From NCBI GenBank assembly GCA_018398765.1, contig JAHBMJ010000002.1, positions 62,001 through 126,000 of the forward strand: 64,000 bases of DNA. Direction: 5' to 3'. The translations under genes were made by a program, and so were the position numbers. The stretch is from Chromera velia. Taxonomy: Eukaryota. This document shows, in pieces, positions 39,668 through 51,459 of this stretch; position 1 is the stretch's first letter, and every line of letters begins with the position of its first letter. The notes beneath the pieces were generated by a model. It saw only the letters and a list, made by a program, of their open reading frames with translations, made no database searches and was not told the DNA's origin.

Positions 39668-42001
39668 TCACGCAGGACCCTGAGGACCGTCTACATGATC
39701 TTTACTTACATTCTCCGCCTTCTTTTTACTTCTTCTCTTTCTTCTTCTTTTCGGATAGAGCATTTCTCTAAGGTCCTCGAGCCAACAACTAGCCGCCAAG
39801 GAATCCTGCCCATAAAGGCGCTTCAACATTGCACAGTCCCCAGTGCAGCGAACTAAGTCGCATGCTCTGAGGCCTTGGTTATTCACCGCGGTCAAGTCAG
39901 CCCTTCTGTCAATCAGAATGTCCAGAACTTCGGAGTGATCAGTATCATAGTTGCAAATTGCAGCAGCAGCAGCCATGAGGGCTGTGGTCCCTTCCTGATC
40001 GACTGTATTCACATCTGCCCCCTTTTCAAGCAGAGCCCTTACCACATCGGCGTTGCAGCTGTCAGACGCCACAATCAGTGCTGTGCGCCCGTCTGAATCC
40101 ACCGCATGCACGTCCACTCCTGCTTCAATCAGCAGGATAGAGGCACGAGTGCCCCCACGTGCTGCAATCAGAGCTGTACGCCGATTTCGATCGACTGCGT
40201 GCAGATCTGCCCCCTTTTCAAGCAGAGTCCTTATCACATCCGTATGGCCTTTTTCAGACGCCCTGCTGAGCGCAGTGCATCCATCTCCGTCCACCCTATT
40301 CACATCTGCCCCCGCTTCAATCAGAACTCTGACGCAATCCTTCGCATCAGAGTTGCCTCCCGATCCCGCAATCAGAGCCGTGCGCTGGTCTCGATCGACG
40401 GCATGCACGTCTGCCGCCTTCTCAAGCAGAGTCTCTACTACGGCAGTGTGACCCTGCACAGACGCTGCAATGAGAGCTGTGCGACCGTCTCCGTCCACCC
40501 CGTTCACGTCTGCCCCCCCTTCAATTAGCGCGGCAACACAGCCACCTCTGGCAACGAAGTGCCTACCTGCTACTTTCCGACCAGCGTAGCTCCCACATGC
40601 TGCGCTTAGGGCTGTCTGCTGATTGAATTTCCGATCGACTGCGTGCAGTGCCACATCTGCTCCACCTTTCAAGAGAACTTTCACCTCTGCTCCACCTTTC
40701 AAGAGAACTTTCACCTCTGCTCCACCTTTCAAGAGATGAGACGCGACAATGAGCGCTGTCCGCCCCTTTGCATCGACTGCAAGCGCATCTGCACCCGCTT
40801 CGAGAAGGACATCAGTGCAATCGCCCTTATGCGACAGTAAAAGAGCTGTGTCTCCATCTCCAGCGACCGCATTCACATCTGCTCCCCCCTCTACAAGTGC
40901 TTTGACCACCTGCGTGCGGCTCCTCATGGTTGCAGCCATGAGGGCTGTGGTCCATTCCTGATCGACCGCATTCACATCTGCCCCCTTTTCAAGCAGAGCC
41001 CTTACCACATCGGCGTTGCAGCTGTCAGACACCAAAATCAGTGCTGTACGCCCGCCTGAATCCACCGCATGCACGTCCGCTCCCCCCGCGAGGAGGACTC
41101 TTATCACGTCGGTACGGCCATTTGCCGATGCGTGCAGGAGAGCGGATCGGTTCATGCTTCCACCCTGACGGTTCACATCTGCACCCGCTTCAAGGAGGGC
41201 CCGGACTATCTCAGTGTGGCCATTGACAGAAGCATAGGAAAGCGAACAACGCCCCCCATCATCAACTGCATTAACACCAATCTCGTTGAGCTTTGTGAGC
41301 AGACTGGAGACAGCTTCGGTGTTGCCCTTCTCAGAAGCCAGCATCAGAGCTGAGGTTCCATGTTTGGAGACTGCGCTCGCATCTGCCCTCTCTGCCCTCG
41401 CTTCAAGGAGCACTTTCATCACACTGGCGCTGTTCTGATCAGCAGCAAAAAGAAGGGCGGAGAAATGACGACTCTCTTCCACCACGTTTGGGCTGGCCCC
41501 TGCGCTCAGGAGGGCTTTTGCAACCTCTGTGTAACCCCCGATCGAAGCCCACATAAGAGCCGTCAGCTGCCACGGGCAGTATGTCCACATATATCGAGAA
41601 TACTTCACTCGAGAATAAGCCTTCACTTCAACGCAGGCACCCAAAGAAAGAAGCCGCGTGGTTGCTTCCAGAGACCCCTCCATTGCTGCCAAGTGGAGAG
41701 GAGTTAAGAATAAAACGCCGTCTCTGTTGTGAGTGTTCTCAAGATCAGGTCTCTGCTCACGTGCAAGTCTATATATACCGCCGGGGCCGAGACAAAGCCG
41801 CAAATCAGGTCTCTGCCCACCTGCCAGTCCATTGATGTGACTGCCGAGGCGGAGAAGAAGCAGCAGATCTTCTCCTCTGCCTTCGTCGATTAATGTCTTC
41901 ACAGATGCGTGGAGCTCACGCGCAGAGACGGGCAGAAAAAGCCGTACATTCTTCAACACCATGGGTGTGAGCTGAAACAGGGAAGTGTTTTCTGCTGCCA
42001 T
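39668..42001 (-). CDS. Intronless long ankyrin-repeat protein (more than 15 repeats)
   Basis: Tandem TALxxAS..G..DVVRALLEKGADVNAVD repeats. Probable start MAAENTSL at 42001, although the ORF is open to 42385. The C-terminus is basic (PKRRRKRRSKKK). Confidence 0.92.
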   Translation of the reverse strand: MAAENTSLFQLTPMVLKNVRLFLPVSARELHASVKTLIDEGRGEDLLLLLRLGSHINGLAGGQRPDLRLCLGPGGIYRLAREQRPDLENTHNRDGVLFLTPLHLAAMEGSLEATTRLLSLGACVEVKAYSRVKYSRYMWTYCPWQLTALMWASIGGYTEVAKALLSAGASPNVVEESRHFSALLFAADQNSASVMKVLLEARAERADASAVSKHGTSALMLASEKGNTEAVSSLLTKLNEIGVNAVDDGGRCSLSYASVNGHTEIVRALLEAGADVNRQGGSMNRSALLHASANGRTDVIRVLLAGGADVHAVDSGGRTALILVSDSCNADVVRALLEKGADVNAVDQEWTTALMAATMRSRTQVVKALVEGGADVNAVAGDGDTALLLSHKGDCTDVLLEAGADALAVDAKGRTALIVASHLLKGGAEVKVLLKGGAEVKVLLKGGADVALHAVDRKFNQQTALSAACGSYAGRKVAGRHFVARGGCVAALIEGGADVNGVDGDGRTALIAASVQGHTAVVETLLEKAADVHAVDRDQRTALIAGSGGNSDAKDCVRVLIEAGADVNRVDGDGCTALSRASEKGHTDVIRTLLEKGADLHAVDRNRRTALIAARGGTRASILLIEAGVDVHAVDSDGRTALIVASDSCNADVVRALLEKGADVNTVDQEGTTALMAAAAAICNYDTDHSEVLDILIDRRADLTAVNNQGLRACDLVRCTGDCAMLKRLYGQDSLAASCWLEDLREMLYPKRRRKRRSKKKAENVSKDHVDGPQGPA

Positions 42002-42760
42002 CTTCGTGCTGGATGGTGTCGATTCTCGTGTAAGAAAAGCCAGGCAGAGCAAGAACAGGGATGTATTGATATCAATAAACCAAGTGGTGAATGGTGAGTC
42101 GGCGTGCAAGCGCGAGCCTGTCCGAGAGATCAGATTTCTTGGATGCACGAGGTGCATGGTTTTGGAGGAGGGTTTGCGATGGCTGCCGAGCCACCAGGCT
42201 GAACCGATTATTCGGATAAGCAAGGGAAAATTAAAGGCTTTCTTGCGTGTCCCCGGGACAGCAACGGTGGACACGCAAAATTGCCCCCGTAAAAGTCGGC
42301 TGAGGTGGCTCTTTCTTAGCCTTTCGCACGGAGTAATTATCCCGCAAAACACGCTTGGGGGGGCTCTTAATTTCCAAATGGTCATCCGTGGCTACCTATA
42401 TAAAACCAGGACTTTCGCGGGAAGCTCGCACGGAGCTGCGCCGGGGACTGCGGCCTGTCGCGCAAAAAATGCAGAAAACCCCTCCGCGCACAGTCGGGGC
42501 ATGCCGGGCGCCTTGAAAAGTTGAAAATTGCTTCTTTCTCTCTCCTCAAAAAATACGTTGACAGCTTGGAACTTGCTTCAATAATTCTGTGAGGAAGCTC
42601 AGTGACTCAACTTCCCTGCCAAAGACGCAGACAGCAAGTCGCAGTCCGAGTGGTAACTTGTAAAAGTCGAATTTGCTTCAGTTATTAATACCTAGGTCCT
42701 TCTCCTCCCCCGTCTCCTTCTCTCGCCGAATACTTGCTGCGTTTTTGTCTGGCATCAGGG

Positions 42761-44196
42761 ATGAAGCACATCATCCGCAGCTTCAAGGGAATCAATTTGC
42801 AAGAGCAGAAATCCGCGGAATCAGTTTCTCCAAGACGTCCACATGGACAGAGAGACTTCCGTGTGTGGGAAGACTACAGAGTCGCCTTGAGAAATACCTT
42901 TCTCGAAGTTTCCACGAGAAGGAAAGAAGACTTCGTATACGGCCCCAAAAAGAGATGCCGATCAGAGCCTCCAATTCCAGTTTCCTTTCTACCCTCAGAG
43001 CACGGCACCCATTCAGTGCCTCGTGTCGAGGAGGACCCTTCATTTTTGGCCCGCCTGCCCAGCATCGGCTCTTTGGTTCACCGCACTGCGGGAAGGTGCG
43101 GAGGACGTCCCTGCGTGTACGCTCATGGCAAAAAGGTCCGTCAGTTTTCCCCTCCAAGTCCCTTGTCTGGCTTCATTTGCCTGATTCGTGACTGCTGATT
43201 CCTGACTCACTTCTGTGCTTTCCTTGTTTCTGCAGGGCTGCAGAAGAGGATGGCTGTGCATCGCGTGCCACTTTTGCGCACCACGTAAGTCAACTCGACT
43301 TTCTTCACCAGTTTCAGTTTCTCTCTGTCTCAAACGAACTTTTTTTTTCAAGGATTGCCGTCCTGTGCTTTGTGTGCACGTAGTGCGGTTTCCTTTTGGT
43401 GTCCTTTCCTCTGCGTCCCGGCTTTGCGCCGAGCATTTTCCGCGCATTTTTTCGTGTGGTTTTCGTTTCATGGTCTCTCCTCAGATTTGGGTGCCGTCTC
43501 TGGTCTTTTGGCAGACGTTTGGTCTTTCCTTTGCTTCTGCCCTGTCTGCTTGACTCTTCTCTCCGTGGACTCACGGCGCTCCCTCTCTTCCCTTCATTCC
43601 CCCTCCTTTTGCTTGCAGCGCCCCGTGCTCCATCTGCAAGTGCAGTGAGGAGAAACATCCTCGACCTGCAGAACTTTCTGAAGAGAAGGAAAAACAGAAC
43701 CCAGCAGGAGGCCCGACTGGCCTTTGCCGGTTTGGGGGGACCTTCCAGCAGGAATGGGGGGAACCGTCGGGCAGCAGCAGGGGTGGAGGGCCTGGAGGGG
43801 GGGTGCAGGAGCTCGACGTCGAACTTGAACAGATCGCGCAGAGGTATGGTCTACAGACCCAAAGAGAGGCAGTCGGCAGAGGGCGAAAGTCCGGCCGAGT
43901 CCTCGTCGTCCCCCACCTTCGCACCCCCACACACCCCTCCTCTTTTGAGTCGACAAATCGTCATCGAAACTCCAACCATGCAGACGCCTCTCATCAGAGT
44001 GCCGACGGGCAGTCCACGTCCCCCAAATCAAAGGACCAAACGAGCAAGGGAGAAGAAGACACCAGCTCAGGAGGGGTGGCAACTGACACAGTCGAGACGA
44101 CCAGCAGAGACCAAACGAGGAGAAGGGACAAGGACTCACCCCCTCTGTCGGGCTTCCACCATGCCCGGCAGGCAGGGAGATGGTGTGTCTAGCTAG
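42761..44196 (+). CDS. CCCH-type zinc-finger protein (alveolate style), exons 42761-43135, 43236-43284, 43619-44196
   Basis: Splicing restores PSIGSLVHRTAGRCGGRPCVYAHGKK|GCRRGWLCIACHFC, with an upstream RNTFLEV..RCRSEPP motif. Both introns are GT-AG and phase-compatible. Confidence 0.72.
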
Positions 44197-46115
44197 GGGT
44201 ATGGGCATGCACATCAACACAACACTACCAGAGAAGAGATCGACATCAACTCTGTCGTGCTTCAGGCAGGAAAGGGATCAGACGAACGGGGGAGGGAGAG
44301 CAGATGGGTTGCTCGACTCCCCGTGAATGATTCCACTCTGTCTGTGTGGGTGAGGAGTGTCTCTGTCTGCTTATTTGACTCTTTTTGTTTCTAAGATAGA
44401 TTTTCTCCACAGGTGCTGCTGATCAGAAACACCTTAACTGGCCAATTTAAAGGAAGAGAGTGGGAAAGCCAGGAAGAACCACTGGACTTCCCTTTCTTTC
44501 TCTTTGAATAATAAACGGTTTCCTTCGGCCCGTGTGGGAAAGAAAACGTCTATGAATAGTCGGGGTGGGAGTGGGGACAGACTAAGTGCATGTATGCTTT
44601 TTGGTTCTGGTGCTGTTTGGGTCTTGTTTTTTTCTTCTCTCCCCCCCCGCTCGACTTTTCCCCCCCCTCTTTTCGTGTCGTGATGTGTATTTGTCACTCG
44701 CTGACTGTGTGTCTATGCACGTTCGTGAAGTGATGGGGATGTAGGAACACAGGAGCTTCGTTACGCTTCCCAAACTGTTCGTGTCTGTCGTGCTTCTGTT
44801 GAATGGTTCCTTCCGTGCGTGCGCATGTGTACTCATGCACATGTAGTCTCCCTCTCTCTCTTCTCTCTCTCCCTGCCTCCTGACTGAATTTATGCATGTT
44901 ACTTGGCGGCCTGCATGGTCAGGTCCACATGCGCTTTCTCTCTTTTTTCCCTCTTCATTTCAGTGTTGCTGCTGTTGGGAGTTCACTCAAGGAACTAACT
45001 CCCTGGAGATGATTTTCTTTCATCCACTTCTTCTTTATCGTCCCTCTCTTCCTTCTTTGCCCCCTCGTTCGTTCTATCGAGGCACTCCCTTGACTTTCTA
45101 CAAGACTAAATTTCACGCGCGTGTGCATGACAAAGAAAGATCCTCCTGGGTTGAAATGAACGTCCGTCCAAATCCATTTCTTCCTTCCTTCCTTCCTTCC
45201 TTCCTTCCTTCTTTCTTTCTTTCTTTCTTTCTTTCTTTTTTTCTTTCTTTCTTTCTTTCTTTCTTTCCAATGGGGCTTTACAGTTCGAATTCATTTCCGA
45301 AGAAAGCGGCGATGATTCACGGAAAAAATAAATGAAGCAATGCAAGGGAGGGCCGTCTTCATCCACCTCCTATCGACACCGATAGATGCATGCATGCCTG
45401 CCTGCATGCATGGCAAAAGAGCTCGTGCATGAAATGTTAAACGGATGTGAAAAGGGGTTTGTGTCTCACACCTCCCTCCTCAATTTCTTCTTCATGCACC
45501 TTCTCCTTCTCTTTTCCCTTCTTGCCACCGTTTTTTCTTGTGACAGAAAACTGACTGACCAGGCGTGCCCAGTCTCTCTTTCTCTACCTGGACTCGTTTC
45601 TTTTGTTTTCTCTCCAAGGCTTCCAGTTGTAAACGACGACCGTTGGCATTTGAAGAGAGCTCATCCATCCAGGCATCCATCAAGACAAAGAGACGACAGG
45701 CAGGCAGGCAGACTGTCCGAGACCTCCCTTTAGTGACGAATCTCTCTTCTCTTCTCTGCTCTTCTACGTGCATGCACGCATGAATGCCTCTCTGTACGCA
45801 TCATCAGGGGCCCATCAGCATCGTGTCTGTATTCGGTTCCGCTGGTTTGTCTGTGCATGCACGCCCGTATGCATGTTGTTGGGTCCCCTATTTACCCACC
45901 TCTCCACTAAGATGATGCAGGGAGGCGGCGATCGAGAGGGCAAGGCAGTGCAGTGCGTCCTTCCTATTTCCTTCCTTCCTTCCTTCCTGTGGTTTTGTGC
46001 AAACAAACATCCATGCATTGAATTCGTTTTTTCTGTCTCTGCCTTTTCGCCCCTCCTCTGTGCATGCATGTGCCTATTCCCCCTCTCTTTCTTTCTTTCT
46101 TTCTTTCTTTCTTTC

Positions 46116-46146
<31 letters not shown>

Positions 46147-47578
46147 TCCTTCCTCGGCCCCCCTCCCTGGGAGGGAGGGAATTTCTTCTTTCTTTAAGTG
46201 AGCGTCTGTGTGCACTTCTTTTTCTTGATGCATGCCCGTATGTATGTCTCGTTGAGCATACATGGAGTGCGGTGTTGAGTTGATGAATGAATGAATGCAC
46301 TGGCCATCTGCGTCCATCGAATCGACTGTGTATGTGTGATGGGGGATTGAGTGAGCGGGTTGTTGAGTGGACGAATGTCGAACCTCCCCTTTTCACTTTC
46401 ACTGGAGAGTGAGTGAGGGATCTTCCTGTTGGGTCGGCTGATCTGGTGGGAAAGGATTTAAGACGGTTTTTGTTGCCTCAAGGAGGCTTCAAGAAAATCA
46501 TGCGAGAACAGGAGGGTCAGAGAAGATAGGACACTCAAGGGAAGTAGCCTTGACTCGAAGGAATGGGGGTGGGTTGGGGGGGGGCACTTGGAAGCAGTGA
46601 CTTTTTTTCACTTTGCGAGCCCGCCCTTTTTTTGCTTCTTTTTTTGACACTATCGAAGGCAAAAGCCTAGTTGTGGGAAGGAAAAGAGACGCAAAGGGAG
46701 AGGAGGCATTCAATTTCATGAAGAAAAAAAAAAAGAAGCATGTCAGCCTCGTAGTCAGTTTGTGGTGCTTCGGGGTGACGCACGCAAACGAGGCCAGGAG
46801 GCCGGACAGAAAGGCAGTCTTTGCGTGTATCTAAATGAACTCGCGATCGCGACTTCAAGAATGATTATCGAAAGGAAAACAAGTGCGGGGCCGTTTTCGA
46901 GATGCAGCCATGGTTTAAAGGCTCCACAAGAATCGGCCCTGCTCGCTTGACCTTCTTTGTGATAGCACGCGTCAATAAAGAGCAGAGGCTGACAGGCACG
47001 CCTATTTGCCTTCCCTTGTCCCGCAACTTGGGGATGCGTCTTGACTTCCTTTCTGTCGGTCTTTCTTCTCTTCTCATCTCGTGCGTTGTCGTTGTGGAGC
47101 AGCAGCTCTATTTACATGCATCTATCTTCAAATGTATGTGCGAGAGAGAGTTCGGGTCGGTCGCCGCTGCTCGTTTCTGCGAATCAACGAGCGATGGCAA
47201 TCGGCAGAAAAAGGAAAGGAATGAAGTGGGTGCGTTGCATTCAACCATCCATCCATGCATTTATGCTCCTTCATTCGTCGCCATTCATTCTTCTAACCAT
47301 GCGCTTTTTTCTTTCTGTCTCCTTCTCGCGTCTGTCTTGTTCCTTCCTTCTGCTCCCCCTTCTCGTGATTGGATTGATGCACGCCCCTCTTTCTTGATTT
47401 GGATTCCTTCCTTCATTTTTGACTCTCCATCACAAGAGAGATGCAGCCTACTGGGAGGGGAGGGGACTTCCTTTGTCTGCATGTCTGTTTGCATGTCTGT
47501 CTGCATGCTTTTGTGCTTGGAGAAACAACGCAAGGCTAAATCCACTGCCTGCTGGGCCGTTTGTCGTGTCTACACTTT

Positions 47579-48362
47579 CGTTCACGAATCAGCATTCAAC
47601 TGAATGTGCGATGGGTGAACGATCAAATGGAGGAAGGCGAAAGGAAAAAACATCGAGATTGAGAGACTAACGTGTTTTGTTCGTTCGTTCTATGTATGTA
47701 TGTATGTATGTATGTATGTTGATGGATGTTGGAGACTTACGTTCACGAATCAGCATTCAACTGAATGTGCGATGGGTGAACGATCAAGTGGAGGAAGGCG
47801 AAAGGAAAAAACATCGAGATTGAGAGACTCACGTGTTTTGCTTGCTCATTCTATGTCTGTCTGTATGTATGTGTGTTGATGGATGTCGGACACTTACGTT
47901 CACGAATCAGCATTCAACTGAATGTGCGATGGGTGAACGATCAAGTGGAGGAAGGTCGAGTGAAAAAACATCGAGATTAAGAGACTAATGTGTTTTCTCT
48001 GCTCGTTCTATGTCTGTCTGTCTGTATGTATGTGTGTTGATGGATGTCGGACACTTACGTTCGCGAATCAGCATTCAACTGAATGTGCGATGGGTGAACG
48101 AGCAAGTGGAGGAAGGCGAAAGGACAAAACGTCGAGATTGAGAGACTAATGTGTTTTGTTTGCTCGGTCTATGTATGTATGTATGTATGTATGTTGATGG
48201 ATGTCGGACACTTACGTTCGCGAATCAGCATTCAACTGAATGTGCGATGGGTGAACGAGCAAGTGGAGGAAGGTGAAGTGACAAAACATTGAGATTAAGA
48301 GACTTTCGTTACGTGTTCTGTATGCTCACTCTATGTCTATCTGTCTGTCTGTATGTTGATGC
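47579..48362. repeat. Minisatellite, five units of 157-161 bp
   Basis: Units start CGTTC(A/G)CGAATCAGCATTCAACTGAATGTGCGATGGGTGAACG at 47579, 47740, 47897, 48058 and 48215. Confidence 0.95.
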
Positions 48363-49327
48363 ATGCCTGTGATGGAACAGGTAATTGAACGAAAAACAAC
48401 CGTGCACACACACGCACACAGAAACCCACACAGACCAAGCCCGTCTTCATCCACTCATCCAAGGGAAGAATACTAGTAGAACAGAGCGAGTGTCTGAACA
48501 GCTCCCCTCCCCGGACGGAATGTCTGACACACAGGGGGATCATGAGTGAGATCGCGTATGCATTCATGTGAAGGTTGCGCACACAGCCGCGTGCTTTTGA
48601 CTTCCTTCGTGCCCTTTCCTTTCTTGGTGCTTGCATGCACGAAAGGTGTCCTGATGTTAATTCTTCATCAAATCAATTTATCGATCGATTGATTAATGAA
48701 TCTACCTGAGAAGGGATTAATTCCGGGCAGAGCTGCTTCCTGCCTGCAATTTATGCTGTCGACTCGAAGTGCATTTAATATGGGGTTGTTCTCCACTTTT
48801 CTGTCTTTCTCTCTCACTGTCACCTCTTCGTACTGCACGAACAGGATGCATGCAGTCGTTTCGATGCTCACTTGTTTGTCAGATGCCATTTTTGTCTTTT
48901 AATTCTGCCTGCCTGGCTGTGACCGACTGTACGTTGTGAAAGAATTCAGTCCTCGTGAGAGCCCGGGCCGGGCGAGGCTCTGCCTTCTGTCTGTCTTGGG
49001 GGGTGCATGGCGGTGCACTGGCAGAGCTACGACACTGAATCGCTCGGACCGGGTACGTCTCGGATCGGGTGCGCGGACGTCAGATGCGGATCGATCGGTA
49101 TTTTGCTCCAACCGGTCGTGTCATGCAGCTATGGGCGTTCTGTGAGGTTCGTAGTGAGACTAGTAAAGATCGGTGCGGACCGTGCGGAGAAAAGAAACTG
49201 AACAAAGATCTATATATGATGAGATACGTTCACTAGTACGTTCAATTCATCATCATTATCATGCTTAGCATGATACACATGTCTTCGTACCATCAGCTAG
49301 GCCATCAACCCATTTCTAGGTTTTCAG

Positions 49328-49619
49328 TGTTGCGTGCCACCGTGGTTGTGGGACACGCACGCGGTCTACATTCTCGCTTTGCCGGGCCAGGATTCATATC
49401 CAGGGCCGCGCCGGGCGTTTACCGCATCCGTCCTTGACCTATCGCGTTCATCCGTTTCGTCCAATGCGTTCGATCAATCGATAAGAGTGACGTACTTTGT
49501 CCGGCTTTCGTTCTATTCCTCTATCTAACAGTCTTTGGACTCTGAATGACGGCCGAGCCCCGGGTGTACCTCTATACAGTCTTTATGTCTGTTTAGTATC
49601 ATCATTATGGTACACAACA
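49328..49619. mobile_element. Solo LTR (292 bp) with 5-bp TSD
   Basis: TGTTG...CAACA termini flanked by TTCAG at 49323-49327 and 49620-49624. The GC-rich body sits in AT-rich DNA. Confidence 0.75.
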
Positions 49620-50354
49620 TTCAGCGTTAGGCAGCAATCAATTTTATTTCCATATCAGTATAGTATAACAACATCAATTCTGAGTATGACATCAATTACT
49701 AGTCTAATTTACTAGATCAATCAGTATCTGAATAAATTCAATTGTGTAGCAGTAACTAGGACAGAAGGAAGAGATGAAAGACGTATAGGCCAGACGCTAG
49801 GAACAAACTTTAAGTCAATGCCCCCCCGTGTAGCATAATCTAGAGCATAATTTAAAAAACGTCATAAGGAAATTCAATTTGAATACTAGTTTGAATGAAG
49901 CGAGGGGTATAGTTAAACCGTGGTTTGAGAAATTCTAGGAGAAAATTTGAAAAGATATACATGCATGTACATGCATGACTCGCAATATGAGAAGCTAGGG
50001 GGCTAACTATCTATGTATGAGCGCCTTTAAATACCTTTCTCACTCTCTAATTCACTCTTAGGGTATACGTGAATGAATGTGAACGGAACTTGCATGCATG
50101 TTATGCATGCTTCGCAGTTGGAAAGAGCCTACTAGTAAATGGTATGCTCACCAGCTTTTACTGCCTTAATTTAATTCAATTCATGACTTATGAGATGTAA
50201 TTAAGATATTATAATAAATTAATTTATCTGGAAATTTCTTTCATTCATTTTTTTCTTCCAAGTTGTTTTTCGGGGGCACGCTATTCAAGTTCAATGCATG
50301 CAGTCTAGCATTCAGTCAATCTAGTATTAGGTATAATAGACAAATAGTACACAC

Positions 50355-51459
50355 CTAGGGTTGAACACTAAAGTTTTAAAGTTTTTTTTTGTTAAAGTTT
50401 TTTTTTTGCCCTTTAGACTTTATTTTAAAAAAATATTTTTCAATCAGTTTTTGAGTAGATCGTTAATTAAGTCAGTCATAAGTTAGACTCATAACTAAAC
50501 TAATCAACTAGCCTACATAGAAGATGGCACAAGCTTAGTCTCTTTAAGTTGAAATTTATGTTCACATTGAAAACAATCATCAGCGAGATCGATCGGATCT
50601 AGCATCGGAAGAAAAGTGATCGGATAACATCATGGATCAAAAGTTTAGATGTACTTGCACCGGGAAGTAAACACTCGCAATCGTTAGAATCAATGGATTT
50701 CAGATCAGGTATACAACGCAGGAATTCCCTTTCATCTAGCGACTTAACACAAGAACGCGCCTAAGAACGCACATAAAGAAAGTCTATGTATAAAGCCATC
50801 AAGAAATCGAATTCAAGAATCATGTACACAGAGTTTGTGCTCGCGACATTCATCAAACACATAGCAAGGAGTCCAGCGATTGAGGAGTACTACATAGATT
50901 TTCTGCATGCGATAGGCGATCAACACAAATGTACACAACATGAACGAACTCAACTTTGCCTTGTCTGCATTTAAAGGCACGAATGATTGCATAAAAAGAG
51001 AAGAAGAAAAAAGAGGACAGATGAAAGGGAAACACAATTTGATATCAATTTCTCTCTCCTCACTCATCATCTGACTCTTTGAGCGCGCGGCGGTTCTTGA
51101 TACGGTGACGCTTCGGGGTTCGCTCAGCTACGTCAGAAGAGGACCAAAGTTACCGGTTGTTTGGATTTATATTAACGTTGTTTCTAGGAATTTTTATGAG
51201 AATTGTAATTAATATAGTAATGCATTACATACATCGTTTTGAAATTTAAAAAATTTTTGTATAACTATAGTATATCTAGTAATTTATAAAGCATCAACTT
51301 TGTCTGCAATAATATAAATGAAACCAACTTCTCTAGCAATGTCTTTTAAATGAGCTCTTGCATGTCTGGTTGCATGTTTACTTTTAAAGTTTTAAAGTTA
51401 AAGTTTAAAGTTTTGCAAGCAAACTATATTATAAAAAAAACTTTAGTGTCCAACCCTAG
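50355..51459. mobile_element. Non-autonomous TIR DNA transposon, 8-bp TSD, hAT-like
   Basis: TIRs CTAGGGTTGAACACTAAAGTTTT and AAAACTTTAGTGTCCAACCCTAG (1 mismatch) are flanked by GTACACAC at 50347-50354 and 51460-51467. Subterminal AAAGTTTT repeats occur at both ends. Confidence 0.85.

Noticed and set aside
47579..48362. CRISPR-like array
   Set aside because: The whole ~160-bp unit is repeated with no unique spacers, there are no cas genes, and the context is eukaryotic.
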